Of a DNA stretch of 51,506 bases, positions 18,195 through 27,117 are shown piece after piece. The translations under genes and the position numbers were made by a program. The notes beneath the pieces are model-generated. The model was not told where the DNA came from, made no database searches, and saw only the letters and a list, made by a program, of their open reading frames with translations. Source of the stretch: Dehalococcoidia bacterium (GTDB lineage: Bacteria; Chloroflexota; Dehalococcoidia; UBA2979). The DNA lies in assembly GCA_050486345.1 (NCBI GenBank), contig JBJHDC010000004.1, forward strand, positions 1 to 51,506, given 5' to 3'. Numbering within the stretch: the stretch's first letter is position 1; every line of letters starts with the position of its first letter.

Positions 18195-19115
18195 GTGATC
18201 AAAATCCTCTCCCCGGCCCTCCGTCACCCCGAGAACCGAACGCTGGCAGATTTCCACCGCTACTGGGCGGAGAGTCACGGTCCGCTGTTCTCGCAGACCG
18301 CGGCGCTGCGTCGATACGTTCAGCACCTCACGTTGCCTGAAGCCTACGGCCGGATCCCGAATCCGACGTATGACGGGATCTCGATGTTCTGGTTTGACGA
18401 CGTGGATGCGATGACCATCACTGATTCGAGTCCAGCGCGGGAGCAGGCGCTTCGTGCAGCTGTGATCGAAGACGATCGTCAGCTCTTCGATCGCATCCCG
18501 GAGTGGCCGACCGCGCACAAGCGTGCCTCGATTACCGCAACCGAGGTGGTCATCATCGAAGGCGAGACGACGCCTGAGATGGTGAAGCTCATTGTCGTCG
18601 TGGCCCGACGCCCCGGACTCAGCCATCGCGAGTTCTTCGAACACTGGCAGGGGCCATACGGCGAGCGACTCCACAGTGTGCCCGGCGTCCGTCGCTATGT
18701 GCAGAACCACGCGGTGCTCTCCACGTTCCAGAGTGGACGCATGACGCACGATGGCTGGACCGAACTCTGGTTCGATGACCTCGAAGCGCTGCACGCGGCG
18801 GTTCGGACCACTGAGTGGCGAGAGGCGCAGGAGGACGTTTATACGTTCATCGCCGAACCGATCGGCATCGGTGTGGCGCGTGAGATCGTGCAGAAGGAGT
18901 TTGACGTTCCGCTGCCGGAGCCTCAAGCGCTGTCGATGAGCGAGGACGAGATTCGGGCGCGGCTCAAAGAGCAGGGCTACCGCAGCCTCGCCGCCGATCC
19001 CGTGGCTCCTGCGCGCATCAAGGGGGCGGCGCAGGCAGGGATGCTCGCCGTCTGGACGCACGAGCACCTGGTCACGATCGATGACTCACACATCGACGCC
19101 CGCCCGGAGCGGTAG
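18195..19115 (+). CDS. EthD domain-containing protein (two tandem EthD/Dabb domains)
   Basis: Repeated F..YW...HGPL / RRYVQ / YDG...WFDD motifs. GTG start. Confidence 0.85.
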   Translation: MIKILSPALRHPENRTLADFHRYWAESHGPLFSQTAALRRYVQHLTLPEAYGRIPNPTYDGISMFWFDDVDAMTITDSSPAREQALRAAVIEDDRQLFDRIPEWPTAHKRASITATEVVIIEGETTPEMVKLIVVVARRPGLSHREFFEHWQGPYGERLHSVPGVRRYVQNHAVLSTFQSGRMTHDGWTELWFDDLEALHAAVRTTEWREAQEDVYTFIAEPIGIGVAREIVQKEFDVPLPEPQALSMSEDEIRARLKEQGYRSLAADPVAPARIKGAAQAGMLAVWTHEHLVTIDDSHIDARPER

Positions 19116-19129
19116 CGCCTGCATTCAGC

Positions 19130-19648
19130 TCACGACTTGTCGGCGAAGGTCACGTGACGGGCCGTCAGCCCGTCGTGTGCCTCGAGGATGCCGAAAGAGA
19201 AGTGCGGTTGGCGGCGGCGATCTGTTGGTGATCCGGGGTTGAAGAGCAGCACCGCGTCTCGTCGTTCGTGCAGCGGGATGTGCGAGTGTCCAAAGATCAC
19301 CGCATCGACTGCCTCGCCGCTGAACAGGTCAAGCGCGCGCTCCGGCGTCGTGCGCCCTCGGCCTTCATGTCCGTGCGTGAGCCCGATGCGATAGCTGTCC
19401 CACTCGAGCAGCTGCTGGAGCGGGAAGCGCCGGCGGATCGCCTCGTCGTCGTTATTCCCCGCCACGCCGATGACCGGTGCGAACGATTCGAGGGCATCGG
19501 TTGCGGCCTCAGTCATGAAGTCGCCGGCGTGGAGGATGAGATCGGCGTCCTCGAGCGCGGCGCAAAGTGCGATCGGGAGCCGCTTCGCCATGCGTGGCAT
19601 GTGTGTGTCAGAGACCACCACGATGCGGGCGGTCGCCGGCAGCTCCAC
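19130..19648 (-). CDS. Metallophosphoesterase, YfcE/MJ0936 family
   Basis: SDTH, HAGD, GNND, HGH, GHSH and NPGS motifs. Confidence 0.92.
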   Translation of the reverse strand: MELPATARIVVVSDTHMPRMAKRLPIALCAALEDADLILHAGDFMTEAATDALESFAPVIGVAGNNDDEAIRRRFPLQQLLEWDSYRIGLTHGHEGRGRTTPERALDLFSGEAVDAVIFGHSHIPLHERRDAVLLFNPGSPTDRRRQPHFSFGILEAHDGLTARHVTFADKS

Positions 19649-19692
19649 GAGGCGAAGCGGAATCTCCCGGTCGCGTACGTCCTGTACCAGTC

Positions 19693-20874
19693 CTACTTCC
19701 AGAGCCGCTCAGAGGCGATACGCGCGCCCTCGGACATCGCCGCGAGCTTCGCCCACACGACCTCCTCGTGGCCCACACGGGAGCCGATGCCGCAGTCCGT
19801 GCCCGTCTGCACGTGCTCGCGGCCGACGAGGTTGGCGTAGCGGACGATGCGTTCCGCAACAAGCTCGGGGTGCTCCACCAGGTCGGTGGCGTGGCTGATC
19901 ACGCCGGGCATGAGGATCTTGCCCTCGGGCAGCTTGAGGTTCTCCCAGACGTGGTACTCGTGCTCGTGCCGCACGTTCGCGGCCTCAATCGAGTAGCCCT
20001 GCGCCTTGATCTTCAGCGCGAGGTCCGCGATGTGCTTCAGCTCGATGTCGGTGACGTGCGGGCGGTGACCGCTGCCCCAGCAGAAGTGGAAGCGGATCTG
20101 ATCCTCCGGGATGCCCTCCAGCGAGTGGTTGATGTACTCCACCGCCTTCTCCAGGTAGCGGCGCATGTCCTCCACGGTCCAGTCCGGGTAGAAGGTCCAC
20201 GTGGTGGCGAACTCGGGCTCGTCGATCTGCACGATGAACCCGGCGTCGGTGATGATCTTGTATTCCTCGCGCATCGCCTCGGCGACGGCGGTCATGTACT
20301 CCTCTTCGGAGTCGTAGTGCTCGTTGATCCCACGGGCGCCCAGGCTGAGCACGCCCAGCGATGCGAAGTAGCCCTCGACGTCCTTGCCGGCGAGCGACTG
20401 CTGCAGGCGCTCCACATCGGCGCGGGCTGCATCGTGACCCACGTACTCGACGGGGCCGGTGCATACGCGATCGTTCATCGGCGGTGGTGCACCCGGGGTC
20501 ATAAAGCCGGGGCGGATGGGGCCACCGGACCCAGCCATCCAGAGGCCGGACTCGTAAAACCCAGGGAACATGCGGCGGTCCCGCTCCGCCGTCCCGTATC
20601 GCTTCCGCTCGGTCAGGCCGTCCGCGGGGCGGTGCTCGAAGCCGGTGACTCGCGAGGTGATGTAGCCGCCGTAGCTCCCGGCCTTCGGGAACTCGCCGTC
20701 ATTGACCACGTCCACGCCCAGCTCAATCTGGCGGTCCACGATGCCCTGCACAGCGCCCGGCAGCAGTTGCTGGAAGGTCTCGGTGTCCTGCGCCGCGATG
20801 GCTTCATTGACATCGTCCGGGCGCGGGAGGTTACCGGCGTGCGACACGAGAATGCGGTCGGTGCTGAGTCTCAT
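19693..20874 (-). CDS. Cobalamin-independent methionine synthase II family protein (single-barrel MetE-like)
   Basis: HAGNLPRP, DVVNDGE, QIDEP, zinc ligands HxC (FHFCWG), E (IEAAN) and TDCG. Confidence 0.9.
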   Translation of the reverse strand: MRLSTDRILVSHAGNLPRPDDVNEAIAAQDTETFQQLLPGAVQGIVDRQIELGVDVVNDGEFPKAGSYGGYITSRVTGFEHRPADGLTERKRYGTAERDRRMFPGFYESGLWMAGSGGPIRPGFMTPGAPPPMNDRVCTGPVEYVGHDAARADVERLQQSLAGKDVEGYFASLGVLSLGARGINEHYDSEEEYMTAVAEAMREEYKIITDAGFIVQIDEPEFATTWTFYPDWTVEDMRRYLEKAVEYINHSLEGIPEDQIRFHFCWGSGHRPHVTDIELKHIADLALKIKAQGYSIEAANVRHEHEYHVWENLKLPEGKILMPGVISHATDLVEHPELVAERIVRYANLVGREHVQTGTDCGIGSRVGHEEVVWAKLAAMSEGARIASERLWK

Positions 20875-21221
20875 GGGTGTGTGGGGTCCTCTCTCCTGCT
20901 CTCAGAGCAGCGGTGCGGGTCGGGCGCGCTCCGCGCCAGGCCGTATGGCGCTGCGGCGGAGGGCGCATGTCATCGTGCGGTTGCATGGTAGACGATGCGA
21001 TTGAGGTCAGGCGCGGCACGCGGGTGATGGTGGTATCGATGGCGCTGATAGCTCGCATGCCCAACATCGATTGATTGCGGAGATTTCGATGCGCGCGGGC
21101 TTCCCTGGCGGGGGTAGTATGCGTACATCACGGTCGTGGTCCGGGATCCGCCTCATCGTTTCGATGACCACGATGGACTACTCGGTGAGGGAAAGCCCGT
21201 GAGGGAAAGGGAGCGAATACG

Positions 21222-21812
21222 ATGACGACAGCTAAGCCACAGCCTGGTAAGCGAGCGGGAGCGACCGTTCGACAGCCAGATCCGCCGGGACCCGGTGAAC
21301 TGACCCCAACGCCGCAGGAGATCGACGGCCCCTACTTCCGCCTCGGCGCCCCGGAGCGCTCGGATCACGTTGAGCCGGACTACGTGGGTGACAAGATCAC
21401 CTTCTCGGGCCGCGTGCTGACGACGATGGGCAACCCGGTGCCGGACGCCGTGGTGCAGATCTGGACCTCGGACGAGAATGGCAACTACGACATGATCGGC
21501 TACCGCTACCACGGGTGGCAGCGGACCGACGCCGAGGGCCGCTATGAGTTCCGCACGATCGTGCCCGCCTGCTACGAGCCGCGTGACGCGAAGCACATCC
21601 ACGTGAAGGTGCAGGGCAACAGCAGCCCCGTGACGACGCAGCTGTACATTGATGGTGAGCCAGGGAACGAGGACGATGACTTCTTCCACCCGGATCTGGT
21701 CATCAAGTGGGAAGGCCCCTCGGAGGAGCGCCGCGGTACGTTCGATTTCGTCATTCGCCAGGTGACGGAGCGCGAGAACGTGACGCCGGAGAGCCTCGCG
21801 GCGCGGGTGTAG
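21222..21812 (+). CDS. Intradiol ring-cleavage dioxygenase family protein
   Basis: DGPYF, QIWTSDENGNY, TDAEGRYEFRTIVPACY, HIHVKV and TTQLY; the Fe ligands Tyr, Tyr, His, His are present. Confidence 0.88.
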   Translation: MTTAKPQPGKRAGATVRQPDPPGPGELTPTPQEIDGPYFRLGAPERSDHVEPDYVGDKITFSGRVLTTMGNPVPDAVVQIWTSDENGNYDMIGYRYHGWQRTDAEGRYEFRTIVPACYEPRDAKHIHVKVQGNSSPVTTQLYIDGEPGNEDDDFFHPDLVIKWEGPSEERRGTFDFVIRQVTERENVTPESLAARV

Positions 21813-21840
21813 TCGCAGTAGACACGGGAGCGGAGGACTG

Positions 21841-23058
21841 GTGACGTACGATCTCTTGTTGAAGGGCGGTCATGTCCTGGACCCGGGCGAGGGTCTGGAC
21901 GGCCGCATGGATATCGCCATCACAGATGGCCGGATTGCAGCGATTGAGGCGGACATTCCCGTAGAGGATGCCGCCAAGCTTATCGAGATTCGTGGCGACA
22001 ATCGCTACGTGACGCCGGGCCTGATCGACATTCACACCCACGTGGCGTTTGGCGCTCAGACGGTTGGCGTGGGTATGACTTGCTGCGAGCCGGATGAGAT
22101 CGGCGTACGCGCCGGGGTGACCACGGTGCTCGATTGCGGCTCCGTGGGAATCGCGAACATCGGCGTGTTCCGTCACCACATCCTCCCTCATGCCAGCACG
22201 CGAGTGCTCCCGTTCGTGAACGTGGGCAGCTTCGCGCACACGATGCCGGGTATGTCTGACGTGAATACGCTGGAGGAGGTCAATCCCGAGGCGATCGCTT
22301 CAGGTATTGAGGCGAATCCCGGTCTGATCAAGGGGCTTAAGCTGCGGCTGGTCGGCCCCGTGGCCCAGAATCAGGGTGAGCGGCTCATCGATCGCTGCAA
22401 GGAGATCTCTCGCGAGCACAACATTCCGCTGATGGTTCACATTGGTGACCGCACCGCGGAGTTCACGTCGCACTCTGAGGTGACGAAGCACCTCCTACGT
22501 AGTTTCGATCCCGGCGACATCCTCACGCACATGGCGACGCCGCATGCCGGCGGGGTGATGGCGGATGAGGCACGCACGACCACTCTGCCCGAGCTCCTCG
22601 AGGCGCGCGCTCGTGGCGTGGTGCTGGACCCGGCGCTGGGCGCTGGCAACTTCGGCTTTGACCTCGCCCGTACGCAGGCGGAAATCGGGATGCACCCGGA
22701 CACGATCAGCAGCGACCTGACGGCAGGCGGCCAGAGCCGCGTGGTGTACAGTCTGCTGGAGTGCATGGGGCGCTACATGGCGGTGGGCTACACCGTGCGC
22801 GATATGGTGCGCATGGCCACCACCAATGCGGCCAAGGCACTGGGCATGCAGGACGAGATCGGTGCGCTGGTGGTTGGCCGCGAGGCGGACATCAGCGTAA
22901 TCGAGGAAGCCAACGGCCGGTGGGGCTTCGTGGATACCCTGGGCCAGGACTTCAGCGGTGAGAAGGCGTTGCAGCCGGTCCTCACTGTCCGCGCCGGCGA
23001 GGTCTTCACGCCTGGCTGGGGTCCACACCCGTGGGGCTGGCTGCCGCCCGAAGTGTGA
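21841..23058 (+). CDS. Amidohydrolase/deacetylase family metallohydrolase (dihydroorotase-like)
   Basis: PGLIDIHTH, GVTTVLDCGS, GLKLR, MVHIG, GDILTH and TISSD motifs. Confidence 0.88.
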   Translation: MTYDLLLKGGHVLDPGEGLDGRMDIAITDGRIAAIEADIPVEDAAKLIEIRGDNRYVTPGLIDIHTHVAFGAQTVGVGMTCCEPDEIGVRAGVTTVLDCGSVGIANIGVFRHHILPHASTRVLPFVNVGSFAHTMPGMSDVNTLEEVNPEAIASGIEANPGLIKGLKLRLVGPVAQNQGERLIDRCKEISREHNIPLMVHIGDRTAEFTSHSEVTKHLLRSFDPGDILTHMATPHAGGVMADEARTTTLPELLEARARGVVLDPALGAGNFGFDLARTQAEIGMHPDTISSDLTAGGQSRVVYSLLECMGRYMAVGYTVRDMVRMATTNAAKALGMQDEIGALVVGREADISVIEEANGRWGFVDTLGQDFSGEKALQPVLTVRAGEVFTPGWGPHPWGWLPPEV

Positions 23059-23185
23059 TGCGAAACGCTGCCATGCAGCGTCATTCAGAAGGGGCCGCGA
23101 AGGTCACATACCGGGGGCGCACACGTAATGGTGTGGCCCCCACGGTATCTGCCGAACCGGCGTAGTAGCGATTCGAGGTAGTGAC

Positions 23186-25474
23186 ATGGTCAGTGCTCAG
23201 GCGCAGGGTGCGTTGCAGGGCGTACGTGTGATCGATTTCGGGCAGTACATTGCCGGGCCACTGGCCGCGGTGATGCTGGCCGACCAGGGCGCAGAGGTGA
23301 TCCACGTGGATCCTCCCGGCGGGCCGCGCTGGGACTCCCCCTCTGACGCGTTCTACCAGCGTGGGAAGCGCCGCGTCACCCTCGACCTCAAGTCCGACGA
23401 GGGCCTGGCCGCCGCGCAGCAGCTCATCGACGAGGCCGACGTGCTGATCGAGAACTTCCGGCCCGGCGTCATGGAGCGCCTCGGCCTCGGTCCGGACGCG
23501 ATGGGTGCGCGGAATCCCCGCCTCATCTACTGCTCGCTGCCCGGTTTCTCCTCGGATGACCCGCGGGCCGGGATGCAGGCATGGGAGGGCATCCTGCACG
23601 CGGCGACGGAGAACTGCACCCCGCGCGTGGGCGAAGAGCCGCCGGAGTGGGACTGGACCCGCCCCTTCTACACCGCCGTGACGCAGCCATCGAACTTCGG
23701 TGGGTTCCTCGGCGCGACCAGCATCGTGATGGCGTTGATTGCGCGGGAACGCACCGGCCAGGGGCAGTTCATCGAGGCGCCGCTCTTCGACGCCATGTTC
23801 ACGCTGATCGGGCACTCGGGCTCCTACCTGCGCTCGCGTGGCTTCCACCTGCCGTCTGGTATCCACGGTCGCGGCGCGGGTGCCTTCCGCTGCGGCGATG
23901 GACGCTACGTGCAGTTCGACACCTCCAGCGCCCGCCACCTGACCTGGTTCGCGCGCGCCGCGGGCCTCAACGGCAAGTGGGAGCCGGAGCTGCTCGACCA
24001 CTCGCGCAACCGCGACCCGGAGGTCAACGAGCGCCTGCACACCGCGCTCCGTGAGCTCTTCCTCACCCGCTCCGCCGAGGAGTGGGAGGCACTCGGCAAC
24101 GAGGCCGGTGGCTCGATCGGCGTCGCTCGCACAGTGTCCGAATGGATCGAGAACGACCACGCACGCTCGACCGGGGCGGTGACCCGCCTGGAGGACCCGG
24201 AGTTCGGCCCCACGTGGATGTCCGGCACCCCGGTGCACCTTGGTGGAACCCCGGGCAAGCCGCAGGGTCCGCGTGAACTGCCTGGTACCAACGATGATGC
24301 ATCCTTCACGGCAGCGGCCCGCTCAGAGGTCGGCGGTGAGTCGATTGGTCACCCGCTCGAGGGACTGAAGGTCCTCGACATCTGTCTCGCCCTCGCCGGC
24401 CCCACCTGCGGCCGTCTGTTACTCGAGTACGGTGCAGAGGCCATCAAGATCAGCCCGCCTCACCGCGGTGTGGGCAGCTACCTGAACCGCGGCAAGCGCT
24501 CGTTGCTCGTCGACCTCGACACGCTTGAGGGACAGGACATCTTCCTGAAGCTGGCGGAGCAGGCAGACGTGGTGGTGGAGAACCTCTCCCCCGGCACCAC
24601 GGATCGCCTGGGCATCGGCTACGAGGAGGTCCGCGCTCGGAACCCCAACGTGGTCTACACCTCGATCAGCGCGTACGGGCCGGGTGGTCCCATGAGCAGC
24701 GGCCGAGGTTGGGAGCGGCAGGGCCAGGCAGTGGCCGGCATCATGGAGCGCACGAGCGCGGTGCCCGCGATCCTCGGCCCGTACAACCTCGTGGATCACG
24801 GTACCGGCGTCTTCGGTACCTTTGCGACGGCGCTGGCGCTCTACCACCGCCAGCGCACCGGCGAGGGCCAGCACGCGTACGCAGCCCTCGCGTGGACGGG
24901 GACCTACCATCAGACCCCGTACATGCTCCAGTTCGACGGCTACGAGGCGACTGAGCCGCGTGGGTACGATGCACTGGGTCGCGGGCCGCTCTACCGCTTC
25001 TACCGTGGAAGCGACATCTGGTTCTTCCTCGCCGCGCCGGACCGCGACGCCTCGGCGCTCGCCGGCATCGAGGGGCTTGGGGACCTCCCGGGAGAGAACG
25101 ACGCGCTGGAGTCGGCCCTGGAGCAGGCATTCCTGTCGGAGCCGGCGGCCACCTGGGTGGAGCGCCTCACGGCGGCCGGGTTGAGCGCCCACACGGTGGT
25201 CCCGCTGGCCGAGACGATGGAGGACCCGGATCTGCAGAAGCGACATGTGACTGTGGTGCAGGAGATCGAGGAGCAGGGCGAGGCGATTATGCCGGGTGTG
25301 CCGGTGCGCCTCTCGAAGACGCCCATGCGCATCGGCGCGCCTTCCCGGCGACCCGGCTCGGATGCGGCGGAGATCCTGGGTGAGATCGGGATGAGCGACC
25401 GGCTGGAGGCGTTGGAGCGCTCCTGGGTGGTGCAGGCATCGGACCTGCCGCTGCCATGGGGCGGAGCCATGTAG
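23186..25474 (+). CDS. Class III CoA-transferase (CaiB/BaiF), two fused domains
   Basis: Two copies of L.G.RV.D...AGP....L...GAEVI, (N/Q)RGKR, ADV..EN..PG...RLG. Confidence 0.92.
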   Translation: MVSAQAQGALQGVRVIDFGQYIAGPLAAVMLADQGAEVIHVDPPGGPRWDSPSDAFYQRGKRRVTLDLKSDEGLAAAQQLIDEADVLIENFRPGVMERLGLGPDAMGARNPRLIYCSLPGFSSDDPRAGMQAWEGILHAATENCTPRVGEEPPEWDWTRPFYTAVTQPSNFGGFLGATSIVMALIARERTGQGQFIEAPLFDAMFTLIGHSGSYLRSRGFHLPSGIHGRGAGAFRCGDGRYVQFDTSSARHLTWFARAAGLNGKWEPELLDHSRNRDPEVNERLHTALRELFLTRSAEEWEALGNEAGGSIGVARTVSEWIENDHARSTGAVTRLEDPEFGPTWMSGTPVHLGGTPGKPQGPRELPGTNDDASFTAAARSEVGGESIGHPLEGLKVLDICLALAGPTCGRLLLEYGAEAIKISPPHRGVGSYLNRGKRSLLVDLDTLEGQDIFLKLAEQADVVVENLSPGTTDRLGIGYEEVRARNPNVVYTSISAYGPGGPMSSGRGWERQGQAVAGIMERTSAVPAILGPYNLVDHGTGVFGTFATALALYHRQRTGEGQHAYAALAWTGTYHQTPYMLQFDGYEATEPRGYDALGRGPLYRFYRGSDIWFFLAAPDRDASALAGIEGLGDLPGENDALESALEQAFLSEPAATWVERLTAAGLSAHTVVPLAETMEDPDLQKRHVTVVQEIEEQGEAIMPGVPVRLSKTPMRIGAPSRRPGSDAAEILGEIGMSDRLEALERSWVVQASDLPLPWGGAM

Positions 25475-25497
25475 GCGGCCAGAAGCGAGGATGTAAG

Positions 25498-25573
25498 TGG
25501 TACCCCCGGGAGGATTCGAACCTCCGACCTAACGATTAGGACTCGCTTGCTCTGTCCTCTGAGCTACGGGGGC
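25498..25573 (-). tRNA. tRNA-Arg(CCT)
   Basis: Cloverleaf GCCCCCG TA GCTC AGAGGACA GAGC A AGCGA GTCCTAA TCGTT AGGTC GGAGG TTCGAAT CCTCC CGGGGGT A CCA. A20 Arg identity element present. Confidence 0.93.
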
Positions 25574-25716
25574 ACGGGCGCGTATCAGCCGTGTTCATGA
25601 ACAGCGGCCAGCCGCAATCGTGATTCGAGGATACGGTCCCGCGTCCCCCCGTGCATCAGGCCACCCGTGCGGGTGGCACAGTCGCTGGCGACGGGGCGGA
25701 CAGGCAGGGTGAACGC

Positions 25717-26535
25717 GTGTCGGAGTTGCCCGATGACTGGTGGTTGCGGATCGCCCTGGCGCTCGTCGTCGGCGGTGGTTCCGTTGTCGTCGTGCGGTTG
25801 CTCTCGGGGTCACTGGTGCGCCTGCTCATGCGACCGCCGCGGTGGCTGGAACGGGATGCGTTCAGCCCGCCAAGCGAGGATGCGCGGTTCGTTCGCCGTC
25901 TGAGGACGTTGGAACGCTTTGCGGCACGCGCCTATACGACCGTGGCGATCGTCGCGGTCCTCGTCTTCATCATGTACACGCTGAACCTGCGTCTCTACGG
26001 GATCCTCGCGGGCGCGGGTATCGTTGGTATTGCGGTCGCGTTCGGCGCGCAGGCGCTGATCAGGGACGCCATCGCCGGGATCCTGATCCTCATCGAGAAC
26101 CCGTACGACGTCGGCGACTACATCCGCCTGAACCTGGTGGAGGGCGAGGTGGTGGCGATCTCTCTACGCCACACCACGCTGGTGGGTGACGAGGGAACGG
26201 TGCACACGGTGCCCAACGGCGTGATCACCCTGACCACGAACTACACCCGCGACGCTGTCAGCCACTCGCTCATGCTACGGGTCTCGTCCGTGACTCCCTA
26301 CGAACATGTAGCACGCGCGGTGGATGGCGTTGCCGAACGCATGGCGCTGGCGCCCGAGCTGGGGGAGCGCATCGTGGACGGCCCGCGGGTGCGCGGCGTC
26401 GTGAGCTTCCGCAGCGACTCGTACGAGGTCGAAGTGCGCACGCGGATCCATCGTTCGCTACGGCGGACCTGGCCACTGACACTCAACCGGCAGCTTCAGG
26501 AGGCCCTCAGCAGCGCAGGCATCGAGGTCCTGTAG
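25717..26535 (+). CDS. Small-conductance mechanosensitive channel (MscS family)
   Basis: AGAGIVGIAVAFGAQALIRDAIAG, ENPYDVGDYI, EGEVVAISLRHT and VPNG. Start uncertain (25651 or 25717). Confidence 0.9.
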   Translation: MSELPDDWWLRIALALVVGGGSVVVVRLLSGSLVRLLMRPPRWLERDAFSPPSEDARFVRRLRTLERFAARAYTTVAIVAVLVFIMYTLNLRLYGILAGAGIVGIAVAFGAQALIRDAIAGILILIENPYDVGDYIRLNLVEGEVVAISLRHTTLVGDEGTVHTVPNGVITLTTNYTRDAVSHSLMLRVSSVTPYEHVARAVDGVAERMALAPELGERIVDGPRVRGVVSFRSDSYEVEVRTRIHRSLRRTWPLTLNRQLQEALSSAGIEVL

Positions 26536-26560
26536 GCGTGGGTCCGGTGTCTCCCGCTCT

Positions 26561-26941
26561 TCAGTTCGCGTGGGATGTCGGTGCCGTTTCGCTGGCATCC
26601 TGTGTCAGCACGGCCTCGTAGAGTCGGACCTGCGGCGGCCCCTGCAGGATGCCCATGAGTGATCCCTGTGCGTGCCCGCGACGGAACGCATCGCTCTCTG
26701 TCCACGCAACGAACGCATCGCGCGACTCCCACGTGGAGTGAGAGAGGTACTCTCCCTCGTTGTCCCCTCGGAGCAGGGCGAAGTGTACGAAGCCGGGGAC
26801 CTCGTTGAGATAGGTCTCGCGCTCACGCCAGATCTGCTCGAATTCTTCCCCTTTGTTGGGTGCGACCTGGAACTGATTCATCGCGAAAAACATCGGGACG
26901 GTCCTCTCTGGCGCGGTGGCTTGTTCGAGAGTAGCCGTCAT
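26561..26941 (-). CDS. Antibiotic biosynthesis monooxygenase family protein, IsdG/HmoA-like
   Basis: AMNQFQV...FEQIW...VPGF...STWESRDAFVAWTESDAFRRGH retains the Asn/Trp/His triad of IsdG-type heme oxygenases. Confidence 0.82.
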   Translation of the reverse strand: MTATLEQATAPERTVPMFFAMNQFQVAPNKGEEFEQIWRERETYLNEVPGFVHFALLRGDNEGEYLSHSTWESRDAFVAWTESDAFRRGHAQGSLMGILQGPPQVRLYEAVLTQDASETAPTSHAN

Positions 26942-26963
26942 CCCCTCCGCACGCGAACCTGTG

Positions 26964-27036
26964 CATTACAAACGTTGACGCCCTATCCCGACCGTGATAA
27001 ATGTTACTCGCCGATCACATTACAAATCATATTTGA
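26964..27036. promoter_or_regulatory. AT-rich divergent promoter with direct and inverted repeats
   Basis: TTGACG (26975-26980); CATTACAAA at 26964 and 27018; palindrome CAAAT-CAT-ATTTG (27023-27035). Confidence 0.5.
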
Positions 27037-27117
27037 GTCGGTACTGAGCGCGTTAAAGGTGATTGTTGCGGAACTATCGAGCGATGCTGGGACGGGTGCT
27101 CGAGGAGGGACAGAGGG

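Noticed and set aside
20920-20970. Hairpin upstream of the MetE-like gene containing GCCAGGC and GCGCTGCG, reminiscent of an SAH riboswitch
   Set aside because: The elements are in the wrong order and on the wrong strand relative to the gene.
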